Source: an uncultured Bacteroidales bacterium
Lineage (GTDB): Bacteria > Bacteroidota > Bacteroidia > Bacteroidales > WCHB1-69
Assembly: GCA_905235135.1 (NCBI GenBank)
Contig: CAJOKR010000039.1
Span: forward strand, 3,972-67,971
Direction: 5' to 3'
DNA length: 64,000 nt
The notes beneath the pieces were generated by a model, which was given only the letters and a program-made list of their open reading frames with translations, was not told the DNA's origin and ran no database searches. Of this stretch, positions 1-10,976 are shown piece by piece (position 1 is the first letter of the stretch; every line of letters begins with the position of its first letter). The position numbers were made by a program, and so were the translations under genes.

Positions 1-882
1 GTGATGGCCGAGCACAATTTCACCTACGAGATCATCATGGTCGATGACGGCTCCACCGACGGATCGTGGTCGGTAATCCAAGAACTTCACGCCCAGAATC
101 CCGCCGTGAAGGGTATCAAGTTCCGCCGCAACTACGGCAAATCGGCCGCCCTGAACACCGCCTTCGAAGCTTGCCAAGGCGATGTGGTCATCACCATGGA
201 CGCCGACCTGCAGGACAGCCCTGACGAGATTCCCGAACTCTACCGTATGATCACGGAAGACGACTACGACCTCGTATCTGGCTGGAAAAAAGTCCGTTAC
301 GACTCAAAACTCACTAAGAACATCCCGTCGAAGTTCTTCAACTGGACCACCCGCCGGAAATCGGGCATCCAGCTTCACGACTTCAACTGCGGACTCAAAG
401 CATACAAAAAGGACGTGGTGAAGTCCATCGAGGTCTATAGCGAGATGCACCGTTACATCCCTGTCCTCGCTAAATGGGCGGGTTTCACCAAAATCGGCGA
501 GAAGGTGGTCATCCATCAGAAACGCAAACACGGGGTTTCCAAGTTCGGCTGGGACCGCTTCATCAACGGCTACCTCGACCTGCTGACCGTCAACTTCATG
601 TCGAAATTCGGCAAGAAACCGATGCACTTCTTCGGCAGCTTAGGCAGCCTTTCCTTCCTCATCGGTATTATCATCACCATCGTGCTGATTGCGCAGAAGC
701 TGTACCGTTTGCACCATGCTGTGCCCGGCTTCCGTCAGGTCACCGAGCAACCGCTCTTCTACCTCGCGCTCCTCGCCATGGTCTTCGGCCTCATGCTTTT
801 CCTCGCGGGCTACCTCGCGGAACTCATTGTCCGTAATGGTGCCGACCGCAACAAATATCTGATTGCCGACCGAATTGAATAA
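1..882 (+). CDS. Glycosyltransferase family 2 (ArnC/DPM1-like), probably 5'-truncated by the window edge
   Basis: VDDGSTDGS, RRNYGKSAAL, TMDADLQD motifs; two C-terminal hydrophobic helices. Confidence 0.9.
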   Translation: MMAEHNFTYEIIMVDDGSTDGSWSVIQELHAQNPAVKGIKFRRNYGKSAALNTAFEACQGDVVITMDADLQDSPDEIPELYRMITEDDYDLVSGWKKVRYDSKLTKNIPSKFFNWTTRRKSGIQLHDFNCGLKAYKKDVVKSIEVYSEMHRYIPVLAKWAGFTKIGEKVVIHQKRKHGVSKFGWDRFINGYLDLLTVNFMSKFGKKPMHFFGSLGSLSFLIGIIITIVLIAQKLYRLHHAVPGFRQVTEQPLFYLALLAMVFGLMLFLAGYLAELIVRNGADRNKYLIADRIE

Positions 883-890
883 CCCTTTGA

Positions 891-943
891 AGAGACGCGC
901 CATGGCACGTCTCTACGATAGACGCAATGCATTGCGTCTCTAC
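891..943. repeat. Tandem pair of GTAG-family REP-like palindromes
   Basis: agagacgcgccatggcacgtctctac and tagacgcaatgcattgcgtctctac; same family recurs at least 8 more times in the window. Confidence 0.85.
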
Positions 944-971
944 AATTGACACAGATCCGACCACATAAACA

Positions 972-1715
972 TTGATTATGAACACACTCAATATCAGAAC
1001 ATTGGCGACCGCTATCCTTTGTAGCATCGCCATTTTTGCAATAGCCCAGCCGCCCGTCAAGGATTGCGGTCCCGTGACCGACATCGACGGGAACGTGTAT
1101 CAGACCGTGGTGATGGGCGACGAATGCTGGCTGCGGGAAAACCTGCGGACAACACATTATGCTGATGGCAAGGCCATTACCCCAACACCCGCCATACCGA
1201 ACGCCGACTCATCACTGATAGCCACCTACGGACGACTCTACACATGGTTTTCCGTTCTTAACGGAGCAGAACCGACGGAGGAGACCGACGGTCGCGTGCA
1301 AGGTCCCTGCCCCGATGGATGGCACGTGCCCTCGAACTTCGAGTGGATGGGTATAGAAGACTATGTGGGCTACAAGGACTACTACCGCTGCGGCACTGAC
1401 GTGAACAACGTGGCCAAAGCAATGTCTTCCACCAACGGATGGCAATTCGACTTCCTGACACAAGGAGCCGGCTGCTGCGTTATTGAAAACGTCGCAACAA
1501 ACAATAGCACAGGATTTTCCGTACTTCCCGCAGGCAGCGTATGGAATGGGGAAGCGGAGGGCTTTGGCACCAACACGGGCTTTTGGACCTGCTCCGACGG
1601 CAGTCCCGACACCTCTCCTATTCATCGTTTTTACTACACCAACGCAACGGTAGAAATCAACTGCACCCCAAAAGAGGCGTTCTACTCGGTCAGGTGCGTC
1701 AAGAACAAAGACTAA
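972..1715 (+). CDS. FISUMP (Fibrobacter succinogenes major paralogous) domain secreted protein
   Basis: Signal peptide; DIDGNVYQTV..G..CW..ENLR, YGRLYTW, CPDGWHVPS, SVRCVK. Confidence 0.85.
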   Translation: MIMNTLNIRTLATAILCSIAIFAIAQPPVKDCGPVTDIDGNVYQTVVMGDECWLRENLRTTHYADGKAITPTPAIPNADSSLIATYGRLYTWFSVLNGAEPTEETDGRVQGPCPDGWHVPSNFEWMGIEDYVGYKDYYRCGTDVNNVAKAMSSTNGWQFDFLTQGAGCCVIENVATNNSTGFSVLPAGSVWNGEAEGFGTNTGFWTCSDGSPDTSPIHRFYYTNATVEINCTPKEAFYSVRCVKNKD

Positions 1716-2984
1716 TGTTCCCTGTCAACAATTGAGCAGGACTGGAAACCGATGAGCTGATCGTAGGAGGAACCCTCCTCCTGGTAATACACGTAAATAT
1801 TGTATATATTACTAGTTTCGTAATGAGATCCCTCGACATACGTGGCATCAATCGTGCTGCTACCATACGGGAGATAGACATACTGGTAATTATACGCACC
1901 CTGCTTTAGCAAAAGTTCCGTTTCCCAGAAGTCAAACTCCTTGTTATAATGCAACTTAGCATCCTCTTGAAGTTGCCAGTCGGTCAGTTCGCCAAACACA
2001 TACACATCACCTTCATTATACGGAGTATTGCTCTTCAAGGTAAAATGGGTAAACACGTAATCCTCTGAATACTCGTTAACTAGGTCGCGGTTACGATAGT
2101 AGCAGTGGCCGTTCATGTTGCCACGGCTCTCGTATGCGGAAAACGGGCGCGCATCGTCCTGCAACACGTATGCGTGATTGTGACGATTGACGAAAGAAAT
2201 ACCCACAATGCGGTCGGCGTTAGAACGCAGCGTGGTGATGTCGAAAGTACGGAACTCCGAACTACCAGGGAAAGAGTTGGTACCGTCCAAGTAATTGAAA
2301 TTCAACTCAGAACCGACGCCCGAATGGTAGATCAGCCCCATCTTGGCATTGTCCCAACGGCCGTTCTGCTGGATAGTGGCGCGAACCGACATTTGAGGGT
2401 TGCGGATCCGATAAGCACCCGTAAAGACCGTGAAATCAACATCTTGATGGGTAAATTTATTATTCACGTCGAAGGCAGAGTGAACATCGCAAACTATCTT
2501 GACAGGCACCGGTTCAACAACCATGAAACGTCGGGTCAAAATCGGATTATCCGGAGTGTCATCATAAACAAACAGAATATAATTTCCTGATTTAGTGAAC
2601 GATATATTCTAAAACAGCCTCATAATGCATATAGGGCTCTATCGTGTTGAAGGAATGTTCATACTTCGTGATGTCCTCCTCCATGAATCCCTCAATATAC
2701 TCGATCGGATTGAGCTGCGAAAGCTGCCAGTCGTGGGTGCAGTGGATGAAGGTGTATTTCAAGTGCCGGACATCAACATTCAGGTCATCGAAGGAAATCT
2801 GGAACCATGTTTCGCCCAAAACCCCGACAGGATCGGCAAGCTGGTCGTCACCAGCAGTGAGCTTTATGCTGGCGATGCCATCTGTATAAGTTTTGTTATC
2901 TAACTGGATATCATACTGTTGTGCGTTCATAAAACCTACAACAGTAAATAAAAACAGACCCACTAAAACGATATTTTTCTTCAT
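1712..2984 (-). CDS. DUF5103 / T9SS plug-like protein, frameshifted near 2610
   Basis: ORF 2592-2984 (ISFDDL, YTFIHCTHDW) continues in another frame as ISFTKSGNYILFVY...TRRFMVVE into ORF 1712-2539 (FPGSSEFR, LLKQGAYNYQY). Confidence 0.75.
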
Positions 2985-3205
2985 AACACATCATTCTTTA
3001 ATACGACTGCAAAGATACTTTTTTTGAGAAAAGTGCGTGCATCGTAAAAAAATTCAGAAAATGAACGGCGTATTCAAAAAAATTATATTTTTGCAGCTCA
3101 ATTAAAAACAATCAAGGCATTATAAGTTAAACTTAAAAAGGAACCGGCTATCGAAAAGACATCTACTTTCTGAATTTAGTACAAACCTTAAGAAAGGAGC
3201 ATATC

Positions 3206-3784
3206 ATGAATTGGAATGCCTTGTCCGATAACGAGTTGATAGCGCGTTATCAAGCTGGTGAAGAAATGGCTTTAAAAACCATCATCCTCCGTTACCAACG
3301 GCGGCTGTTCTCCTATCTCATTGTGTCCGTCCGGAACAAGGAGCTGGCCGAGGACATCTTTCAAGACACTTTTATCAAAGTCATCAATACCATACGGTCC
3401 GGAAATTATCACGAAGAGGGTAAGTTCTTCCAGTGGATCATGCGGATTGCCAATAATCTGAAAATCGACTATTACCGCAGGCTGCAGCACATGCCCACGG
3501 TGGATGGCGGCGAAGACTTTGACATTTTCACCATCATCGGGTCGAGGGACGAGTCGGTGGAAGAGAAGATGATCCGCGAGCAAACATACTCCGATCTCAA
3601 CCACTACGTGGAGTACCTGCCCGAAGAACAGAAGGAGGTGCTGAAGCTGCGCATTTATAACGACTACAGCTTCAAGGAGATTGCTGAGATGACCAACGTC
3701 AGCATCAACACCGCCCTTGGACGTATGCGCTACGCCCTCATCAACCTGCGCAAAATCATGGCCAAGAATCAGGTCGTTTTGTAG
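3206..3784 (+). CDS. ECF-type sigma-70 RNA polymerase sigma factor
   Basis: Region 2 AEDIFQDTFIK..WIMRIANN; region 4 LPEEQKEV..SFKEIAEMTNVSINTALGRMRYA. Confidence 0.92.
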   Translation: MNWNALSDNELIARYQAGEEMALKTIILRYQRRLFSYLIVSVRNKELAEDIFQDTFIKVINTIRSGNYHEEGKFFQWIMRIANNLKIDYYRRLQHMPTVDGGEDFDIFTIIGSRDESVEEKMIREQTYSDLNHYVEYLPEEQKEVLKLRIYNDYSFKEIAEMTNVSINTALGRMRYALINLRKIMAKNQVVL

Positions 3785-3845
3785 GACCCTCCGATTCGGT
3801 TTTTGCAGCCGAACCCCAAAAATCTGCGAAATCTGGACTCAAAAA

Positions 3846-3871
3846 TTAACTAATCGAGGTCGATTAGTTAA
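3846..3871. promoter_or_regulatory. Perfect 12-bp dyad (operator-like) upstream of the 4195 operon promoter
   Basis: ttaactaatcga-gg-tcgattagttaa; TAnnTTTG (tatctttg) about 80 bp downstream. Confidence 0.55.
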
Positions 3872-4194
3872 CGGCTTTTATGCAACTCACTGAAACACAG
3901 CGAGAAAAAAAATTTTCAAAACTCTTGACAAACGCTTTCCGATGTATTATCTTTGCCATGTTCAAAAAAGGGTTGGCGACCCTTGCTGATCAAAGCTGTG
4001 AAAACAGTTATTGTTAAACCAAAATAGAAGACTCGCCGCAACGATAAAACAAAACCTTAATCCACCTATGTGAGAACAAAGTCGATTAACGTAAGCAGGA
4101 AACTGCCGCCTCCGCGAAAAGAAGGCAACCAAACAAAAATAAACAAAAACAAACAAATTAAACAAAATTACTAACTTAAAAAAACAAAAGAACT

Positions 4195-4758
4195 ATGAAA
4201 AAATTATTATTATTCATCGGATTAACTGTTTTCACGTTCAGCGCATTTGCTGAAAAGGTCCCTGCGGTTGTTGTAACCAAGAGCAACGGCGGCTGGACAG
4301 CCATCCTCAACTTGTACAACTATGTCTCCTACACGCCAGCGGACCTCAGTCCTACCGGCGTCGGCCAGTTGGAGTGCTCGGGTGGCGGCTTCACCGCATG
4401 TAGGGTGCCGAATTGCACACACCTGACGGTCAATAACGGCACTGCAGTCTCAACCGTCTCAGAATCCAGCAAGGTGAATGCTCTGCAAGCGGCCATCAAC
4501 AACGTCATCATCCAGTATGAGGCGGCCCAGGAGCAGAACATGGATTCCGCCGTAAAGCCGAACGCAGGCAAAGGAGCCTCTATTCCAAGCGTTTACACAA
4601 AGACCATTGCCTTCGCCAACAATTCCGGAACTTCGAAAGCGAACAAAACGGAGACCTATGTGGTGCGTGGGGTGGTGACGGCCAGCGATGCGAACTCCTC
4701 CACAATGAAAATCTACATCGAAAAGACGAACCTTCTCCCCTCTGTAAGCAGTAATTAA
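4195..4758 (+). CDS. Secreted hypothetical protein
   Basis: MKKLLLFIG..SAFA signal peptide; AT-rich leader. Confidence 0.75.
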   Translation: MKKLLLFIGLTVFTFSAFAEKVPAVVVTKSNGGWTAILNLYNYVSYTPADLSPTGVGQLECSGGGFTACRVPNCTHLTVNNGTAVSTVSESSKVNALQAAINNVIIQYEAAQEQNMDSAVKPNAGKGASIPSVYTKTIAFANNSGTSKANKTETYVVRGVVTASDANSSTMKIYIEKTNLLPSVSSN

Positions 4759-4784
4759 TTCCACACTTCCAAAACCGAGCCCTA

Positions 4785-6425
4785 ATGAAAACACGAATAA
4801 TCATCTTCGTTAGCATTGCGCTGACTTCTCTGAGTGTCTGCGGACAAGAATGGATTGGCAACCAGTTTACATTGGATACAATCGTTGCATTTCAAGGTAT
4901 CCATACGCCTGGGAATCAGAACCTTATCCTATGCAGAATGATTGACAGAACGTTCTATTTCGTTGAACAACAGGGGTTTCAGAACATGGGCAACAGCTAT
5001 CAAGCGGTCGTCCACACGCTATCGACGGATCATTATGAACAGTCGGAAATCGTACTCCCGATGCCCGATGGCGTCCGTAACAAAGAACGGTACGCCCGCA
5101 GCCTCTGGATTTACGACTTCTGCCTCGACGGTGACCATATCTTACTGACCACACAGGAAGAACTCATTCTTTACAAACAAATCCAAAACCGAACCTACCG
5201 TGTGGAAGCGACGTATCGTCACCCGAACCTTTTCATGGGATACCTGCATGAAAATAGGATCCATTTCTTCGAGGAAGACCATGACAAGGGGTTCAAGTGG
5301 TTTCAACAGGACTTGGAAGGCGACTCGGCGACACTTGTGCGGGAACTGCCCTACGAGGCACCCCACATCGTGCAGATCCAGCCGAACCGCTACATTTCCC
5401 ACAACAAACAATCTGTATTCTTCCTAAGCACGAGACACCCCCGCGTGGAGGTTTATGACCTGGACGGAACATTTCGGGACACCCTTCGCTTCGACCTGCC
5501 CCTGTGGAAGGCCTTCGAGGACGAATATATCCGGAAAACGCTATCTTTCCCATACGGAATTGAGCGCATCTACGCCGTCAAGGACGACTTGAACGACTAC
5601 TCCTATCCGAAAGTCATTATGCCGCTTCGCGGGGATCTCCTGCTATTCTACATGCAATTTGACACCGCAACTGGGAAATCGGCGCTGCAATACGCCATCC
5701 GCAAAGAGAATGGATTAACCACCCAATATCTGCGAACAAACCATGAAGAAAGCACCTATCACGCAGCCCGATTCCCATTTACTCAGGGAGCTTTCGACAA
5801 AGGAAACGCCGCCGATGATGGTAAAATCGTACAACTCACCTACAAAACAGATGTCCCCTGGCAGGGCAAAACACCGTCCGAGTACATCTCCGACGTGAAC
5901 AAGTACTTCTCGGAGCACGACCCCATACTTGCTTACAAGGTTATGCGGTACACACCTCCAGCCCCGCCGTTCGATGAGGGACAACTGCATACCACATCCG
6001 GCGACCTCATACGCATGGATGCGCTACCGTCCGACAAGTGCGTACTGGTGCTGCACAGCGGTTTGGAGTGCTCTGGCTGCGTAAAAGCCGTGTACAAACT
6101 ACTTGCGGAATCGACCACGGAGGATATCCACCTCGGGCACGTCTATCCCACTCCCATCAACGGAATGGCCGCCTACGAACTCGCCGCCCGAATCCGTCAG
6201 AATCTCAACAAGCCGTTCGCCCTCTACTACGACACCTCCGACCATTATATGCAACTCTCCCCCACCCCGCCGCTCCAAGAAAGCGATTTTCCTTGTGTGA
6301 TTCTCTACGAGAAAGGAAAAACACCAAGAATTTTCCGCAACGGCAACCTTTTCACGCCCAACTACAGTATCACGGAGTTCCGCGAGAGCTTCCTTGATGC
6401 ATGGTACACCTTTCTCAAACATTAA
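4785..6425 (+). CDS. Secreted hypothetical protein with C-terminal CxxC (thioredoxin-like) region
   Basis: 546-aa ORF, signal peptide, HSGLECSGCVK near the C-terminus. Confidence 0.65.
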   Translation: MKTRIIIFVSIALTSLSVCGQEWIGNQFTLDTIVAFQGIHTPGNQNLILCRMIDRTFYFVEQQGFQNMGNSYQAVVHTLSTDHYEQSEIVLPMPDGVRNKERYARSLWIYDFCLDGDHILLTTQEELILYKQIQNRTYRVEATYRHPNLFMGYLHENRIHFFEEDHDKGFKWFQQDLEGDSATLVRELPYEAPHIVQIQPNRYISHNKQSVFFLSTRHPRVEVYDLDGTFRDTLRFDLPLWKAFEDEYIRKTLSFPYGIERIYAVKDDLNDYSYPKVIMPLRGDLLLFYMQFDTATGKSALQYAIRKENGLTTQYLRTNHEESTYHAARFPFTQGAFDKGNAADDGKIVQLTYKTDVPWQGKTPSEYISDVNKYFSEHDPILAYKVMRYTPPAPPFDEGQLHTTSGDLIRMDALPSDKCVLVLHSGLECSGCVKAVYKLLAESTTEDIHLGHVYPTPINGMAAYELAARIRQNLNKPFALYYDTSDHYMQLSPTPPLQESDFPCVILYEKGKTPRIFRNGNLFTPNYSITEFRESFLDAWYTFLKH

Positions 6426-6522
6426 TTCACGTCCCTACCGCCTGCTGCCTTATCACTATTGCCTTCTGCCTATTGCCTATTGCTTAAAAAATTGTACCTT
6501 TGCACCCCGAAAAAATTACGAT

Positions 6523-7458
6523 ATGGCATATACTATTGACTTGACGCAAATCACACAGTTCGACCACGTGGAGTTCGTGGCCAAACAGGTCGTGGAAGGT
6601 TTTATCACGGGCATCCACAAGAGCCCCATGCACGGATTCTCGGTGGAATTTGCCGAACACCGGCCCTACAATACCGGAGAGCCGATCCGGCACATCGACT
6701 GGAAACTCTACGCCCGCACCGACAAACTTTTCGTCAAGCAATACGAAGAGGAGACCAACCTGCGCTGTCATTTAGTCATCGACAACTCGTCATCCATGTA
6801 CTTTCCCAAGCGGGACAAATACACCCTCGCACAGCCGAACAAGATCTTCTTCGCCGTATATGCTGCCGCCGTGCTGATGCAGGTGTTCAAGAGCCAGCGC
6901 GATGCCGTCGGCCTAAGCCTCTTCTCCGACAAACTGGAGCTGCACACGCATGCACGTGGAGGCGATGCCCACCACAAAATGATCTACCGGGAATTGGAGA
7001 AGGTGCTGCAACCTATCGGGGAAGACATTCAGCGGAAGTCCATGGTAACGGACACCCTGCACCAAATCGCCGAACAGATCCACCGCCGCTCCTTGGTCAT
7101 CATCTTCAGCGATATGCTGGAGACCTCCGGCAATCTCGAAGAGCTGCTGCTCGCACTGGGACATCTGCGCCACAACAAACATGAGGTCGTCCTCTTCCAC
7201 ACTTTTGACAAACAGCTGGAATACGATTTCGCCTTCGACAATCGGCTCTACCGCTTTGTTGATATGGAAACTGGACACGAGGTGAAAGTGCACGCCAACA
7301 ATATCCGTGAATACTACCAACAAACCGTGCGCGACTACTTCCAAGAAATCAAAGTCAAATGCGGACAATACCAGATTGACGTCATCCCAGCGGACATTAC
7401 GCAAGGATTCGAACAGATACTGCTACCATACTTGCTAAAACGATCACAAATGTACTAA
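6523..7458 (+). CDS. DUF58 (vWA-like) protein
   Basis: GIHKSPMHGFSVEFAEHRPY..IRHIDWK..YARTDK..VKQYEEETN; tacctttg promoter at 6495. Confidence 0.9.
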   Translation: MAYTIDLTQITQFDHVEFVAKQVVEGFITGIHKSPMHGFSVEFAEHRPYNTGEPIRHIDWKLYARTDKLFVKQYEEETNLRCHLVIDNSSSMYFPKRDKYTLAQPNKIFFAVYAAAVLMQVFKSQRDAVGLSLFSDKLELHTHARGGDAHHKMIYRELEKVLQPIGEDIQRKSMVTDTLHQIAEQIHRRSLVIIFSDMLETSGNLEELLLALGHLRHNKHEVVLFHTFDKQLEYDFAFDNRLYRFVDMETGHEVKVHANNIREYYQQTVRDYFQEIKVKCGQYQIDVIPADITQGFEQILLPYLLKRSQMY

Positions 7459-7467
7459 CCAAAAGAA

Positions 7468-8178
7468 ATGAACCCAACCAACACCTACGAAAACAAGAGA
7501 CTGACTATCAAACAGTGGAGTGTACAAGACAGACCTCGCGAAAAATATGCCAAAGGCGGTGCCACCGCCCTTACTGACGCGGAACTGATTGCAATACTGC
7601 TGCGCACGGGAAGCCCTAATGACTCCGCCGTGGAACTCGCCAAGAAGCTTCTCGCAGAATCAGGGAACAGCTTGAACACGCTGTCGGGAAAATCCCTGCG
7701 AGAACTGTCGCAAGTCAAGGGCATCGGGCAGGCAAAAGCCATCTCCCTGATGAGTGCCTTCGAAATCGGGAACCGCATTCGCGCCGAAAAGGTGGAAGAG
7801 TGCCTGCAAATCCGAAACAGCCTCGACGTAGTCAGTTTGATGCAAGATAAGATCGCGCACCTGAATCACGAAGAATTCTGGGCCATCTACCTCAACCAGG
7901 CCAACCGCATCCTGAACACGATTCAGATCAGCAAGGGCGGCATCACTAACACATCGGTGGACACCCGTATCGTGATGCAGCAGGCCGTGCTGAACAAGGC
8001 CACCCAAATCATCCTGTGCCACAACCACCCGTCCGGCTCCGTCAGCCCAAGCCACGCGGACATCCAACTGACCAAAAGGCTTCAGAAAGCCGCCGACCTG
8101 ATGGACATCCTGCTCGTTGATCACATCATCATCCACAAGGAAGAGTATTACAGTTTCGTGGAAGAGGGACGATTGTGA
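7468..8178 (+). CDS. radC: RadC/JAB domain protein
   Basis: DRPREK, LTDAELIAILLRTG, HNHPSG..PS..D, DHIII. Confidence 0.93.
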   Translation: MNPTNTYENKRLTIKQWSVQDRPREKYAKGGATALTDAELIAILLRTGSPNDSAVELAKKLLAESGNSLNTLSGKSLRELSQVKGIGQAKAISLMSAFEIGNRIRAEKVEECLQIRNSLDVVSLMQDKIAHLNHEEFWAIYLNQANRILNTIQISKGGITNTSVDTRIVMQQAVLNKATQIILCHNHPSGSVSPSHADIQLTKRLQKAADLMDILLVDHIIIHKEEYYSFVEEGRL

Positions 8179-8257
8179 ATCCTCGCCATCGGCACACCTA
8201 CCGCATCAAAAGCACCACATCGTCGCAAACAAACGACCATCACGAATCGAATAAACA

Positions 8258-8899
8258 ATGGAACTAACTGACAAAGCCGAAACATCACAAACCGAAGCCC
8301 CCTTCATCGGGGTGAACCGCCACCGCATCGGGGTGGATGGCGAGGGCGTAACCACGCTCGCTGCCTTCCACGGCTGTCCGCTGCGGTGTCGTTACTGTCT
8401 GAACCCAAGCTGTTTGGATGCAAATGCTCGCGTACGTTGGTTCACGCCAGAGAGCCTCTATCAAGAGCTGCTCATCGACGACCTCTACTTCATCGCTACG
8501 GGCGGCGGAGTCTGTTTCGGCGGCGGGGAACCGCTTCTGCGCCCGGAGTTCATCCGCCAATTCCACGCCCTCTGTGCCGACCGATGGAAGATCACCCTCG
8601 AGACCTCGCTGAACGTCCCTCTGACATCCCTTCAGACCGTTGCCCCGCTAACCCACGACTTCATCATAGACATCAAGGATGCCAACGACGAAATTTACAC
8701 GGCCTACACGGGAAAAACGAACGCGCAGGTGTGGGAAAACCTCACATGGCTCGCCGGAAACTACAACCGCGAGCATATCATTCTTCGCGTACCGCTGATT
8801 CCTGGATTCAACACCAAAAAGGACGTGGAACGCAGTGTGGAGCGGTTGCAAGAGTTAGGGTTTGAGAAGTTTGACCGGTTCACGTACCGAGTGAAGTAG
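8258..8899 (+). CDS. Radical SAM protein, glycyl-radical activase (PflA)-like
   Basis: DGEG..FHGCPLRCRYCLNP (CxxxCxxC), GGVCFGGGEPLL, DIK, RVPLIPGFN. Confidence 0.88.
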   Translation: MELTDKAETSQTEAPFIGVNRHRIGVDGEGVTTLAAFHGCPLRCRYCLNPSCLDANARVRWFTPESLYQELLIDDLYFIATGGGVCFGGGEPLLRPEFIRQFHALCADRWKITLETSLNVPLTSLQTVAPLTHDFIIDIKDANDEIYTAYTGKTNAQVWENLTWLAGNYNREHIILRVPLIPGFNTKKDVERSVERLQELGFEKFDRFTYRVK

Positions 8900-8977
8900 G
8901 TTTCAGATTGACAAGTTAAAAGGCATTAGGCATTAGGCAATAGTCAATGGTCAAAGTCAATGGTCAATACGCGGAGA

Positions 8978-9814
8978 TTAAGGTCGGAAGGTAATGGGTA
9001 CCTGGTAATAGCACCGCACCGGTTTCCCCATATTCTTTCCGGGCTTCCATTTCGGCATGGACATGACGGCACGACATGCCTCCTTATCGCATTCGGGGAA
9101 GAGAGGGACTTTCACCTTGGCGTTGGTCACACTCCCGTCTTTCTCCACCACGAACTCAACCAAGACCGTGCCTGTGATGCCATTATCCTTCGCCACCTGA
9201 GGATATTGAATCTCCCTTACCAGAAAGGCTTGCAAGGAATCCATTCCTCCGGGGAATTCAGGCATCTCCTCCGCCACCATACCCATTATCGGCGGCTCAT
9301 CGTAATAAGCATCGTCTTCCACATCCCCAACATAGTCGTCAGTGACGTCAGTCTCCCAAAAATCGGGTCCATCTGTTGAAACACAAAGACCATTTTCCAC
9401 GATATGCAGGATTATTTCCTCTTTCGGGGCGGTGGCAGGTCGGTTGCCGTTGGTTGGCTCGTTTGCCGGTTCGTCGGCCGGTTCGGTGGATGATTCTGCG
9501 GGCTGCGACAACGTGTTGACGGATGTAGGCACGGATTCGTTGCCGACAGGCGTCGCGGGCGTTTTCGGACTGTGGCACGCACCCATCATCATGGAGGAGA
9601 CGGCGATGCCCGCCACCGCAACAGCCTTGCCGAGAGCACGGCGTTTGGAGAGTTCCCGCTCCAAGTAGCGCACTTCGGCCTCGCAGTAGGGACACGTGCC
9701 GCGACAGTCACCCTCGTGGGTGCATTCGCGTTCCACCAACGGGATGTCGTTCTCTTGCGCGACTTTCCGCCGCACGTCCTTCAGGATTTCGCAGGTCCGT
9801 TTGCCTCGTTTCAT
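8978..9814 (-). CDS. TonB C-terminal-domain protein with N-terminal Cys-rich domain (copy 1)
   Basis: GKRTC..ECTHEGDCRGTCPYCEAE, hydrophobic helix, EEMPEFPGG..YP..G.V.VEFVVEKDG..MPKWKPG..PITF. Confidence 0.88.
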   Translation of the reverse strand: MKRGKRTCEILKDVRRKVAQENDIPLVERECTHEGDCRGTCPYCEAEVRYLERELSKRRALGKAVAVAGIAVSSMMMGACHSPKTPATPVGNESVPTSVNTLSQPAESSTEPADEPANEPTNGNRPATAPKEEIILHIVENGLCVSTDGPDFWETDVTDDYVGDVEDDAYYDEPPIMGMVAEEMPEFPGGMDSLQAFLVREIQYPQVAKDNGITGTVLVEFVVEKDGSVTNAKVKVPLFPECDKEACRAVMSMPKWKPGKNMGKPVRCYYQVPITFRP

Positions 9815-9995
9815 TGTAGTCCGATTTAATGGTGCAAAAATATTCCCTTTATATATATGATGCAAAAATTCCGAAAGGTTGCAGTTTGTTGAAAAAAATA
9901 TCTCCGCGTATCACGCGTATCTGCACGTATAAAAAAAGCGGGGTGAGTGTTAGAACTTGTTAAAGATACGTGCGGATCCGTGCGATACGTGGAGA

Positions 9996-10844
9996 TCAGT
10001 AACGCTTCCGGCAAATCATCAGCACTCGGTAGCCCGGCGACATTGTCGCAAACCGTTCCAGATTCACCGTCTCATTCTTGATATGCATAGCCGTGACACG
10101 GTTCGGACAGATTTCGTTCATACGTTCATACAAGAACTTTCCTCTTCTGTTCGCAGGAATATCAGACATTACATCTTCCATAAAATCCCAATAGGTTAAT
10201 TCGAAACAGTCATTGGTCGAACAGAGTGTGTTCACCAGACTGTCAAACTGCGCCAGCGAGAAATCAAGGAGCTCCCACATCGCCAGCCTCCAATGCAATT
10301 TCACAACAATTGTGTCATCTGTAGGTTGAATATGCATGCACTCGGAAAAGTCGGATTCCTGAAAAGTCCATTCGGAATCAGGACACGTATTCTGACCATC
10401 TAATCGCACCTCGCGTCCTTCCGACAGCACAAACACCGCAATCTGTTCATTCTCAATGCCGAAACGGATGGCGGCGGCGAGGGAATCTTCAGGGAAGAGG
10501 CGGGAGCTGTCGAAATAGTAGAGGCTGTCGGAGGTGTCGAGCCATCCGCCGACATAACCGTCGTGCCGGAGCGCGTGTCGCACCACCTTGCCGAGCTGCT
10601 TGCGGGAGTGGCAGCCCTGGGTGGCCGCGTACGCCACAACAACACCCTCCGTCGGCTCCGTCATCGTGGCGACATCCATCGTGAAGCCGTCGGGATGGCG
10701 GAGGCTGTACGCCCAAATGCTGTCCGATACGGCCTTGACACTGCCGCCCGTCAACTTGCCGCCGCTGTAGCAGGAGGTCATGAGCAGGGCGCACGACAGG
10801 AGCACCGTCATCGCTGTCTTTTTCGGGAACAGAATTCTGTCCAT
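9996..10844 (-). CDS. Hypothetical lipoprotein
   Basis: LLMTSC lipobox; 282-aa ORF. Confidence 0.6.
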   Translation of the reverse strand: MDRILFPKKTAMTVLLSCALLMTSCYSGGKLTGGSVKAVSDSIWAYSLRHPDGFTMDVATMTEPTEGVVVAYAATQGCHSRKQLGKVVRHALRHDGYVGGWLDTSDSLYYFDSSRLFPEDSLAAAIRFGIENEQIAVFVLSEGREVRLDGQNTCPDSEWTFQESDFSECMHIQPTDDTIVVKLHWRLAMWELLDFSLAQFDSLVNTLCSTNDCFELTYWDFMEDVMSDIPANRRGKFLYERMNEICPNRVTAMHIKNETVNLERFATMSPGYRVLMICRKRY

Positions 10845-10976
10845 TGTCTAATGTTTGTTTATTAATTTGTCCATTAATCACAGGATTGCGGCCTCAACTT
10901 GGGCTAACGAGCTCTTGCCCCTCCGGGGCGGCTCAGAGAAGCGATTTCAATATATGGGGACTTTTCGTTACAACTA

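Noticed and set aside
9899-9996. Imperfect inverted repeat of atc.gcgt-like units between TonB copy 1 and the lipoprotein gene as an invertible promoter
   Set aside because: The arms are degenerate and the -7 element (about 9835) lies outside them; more likely a dispersed repeat or terminator.
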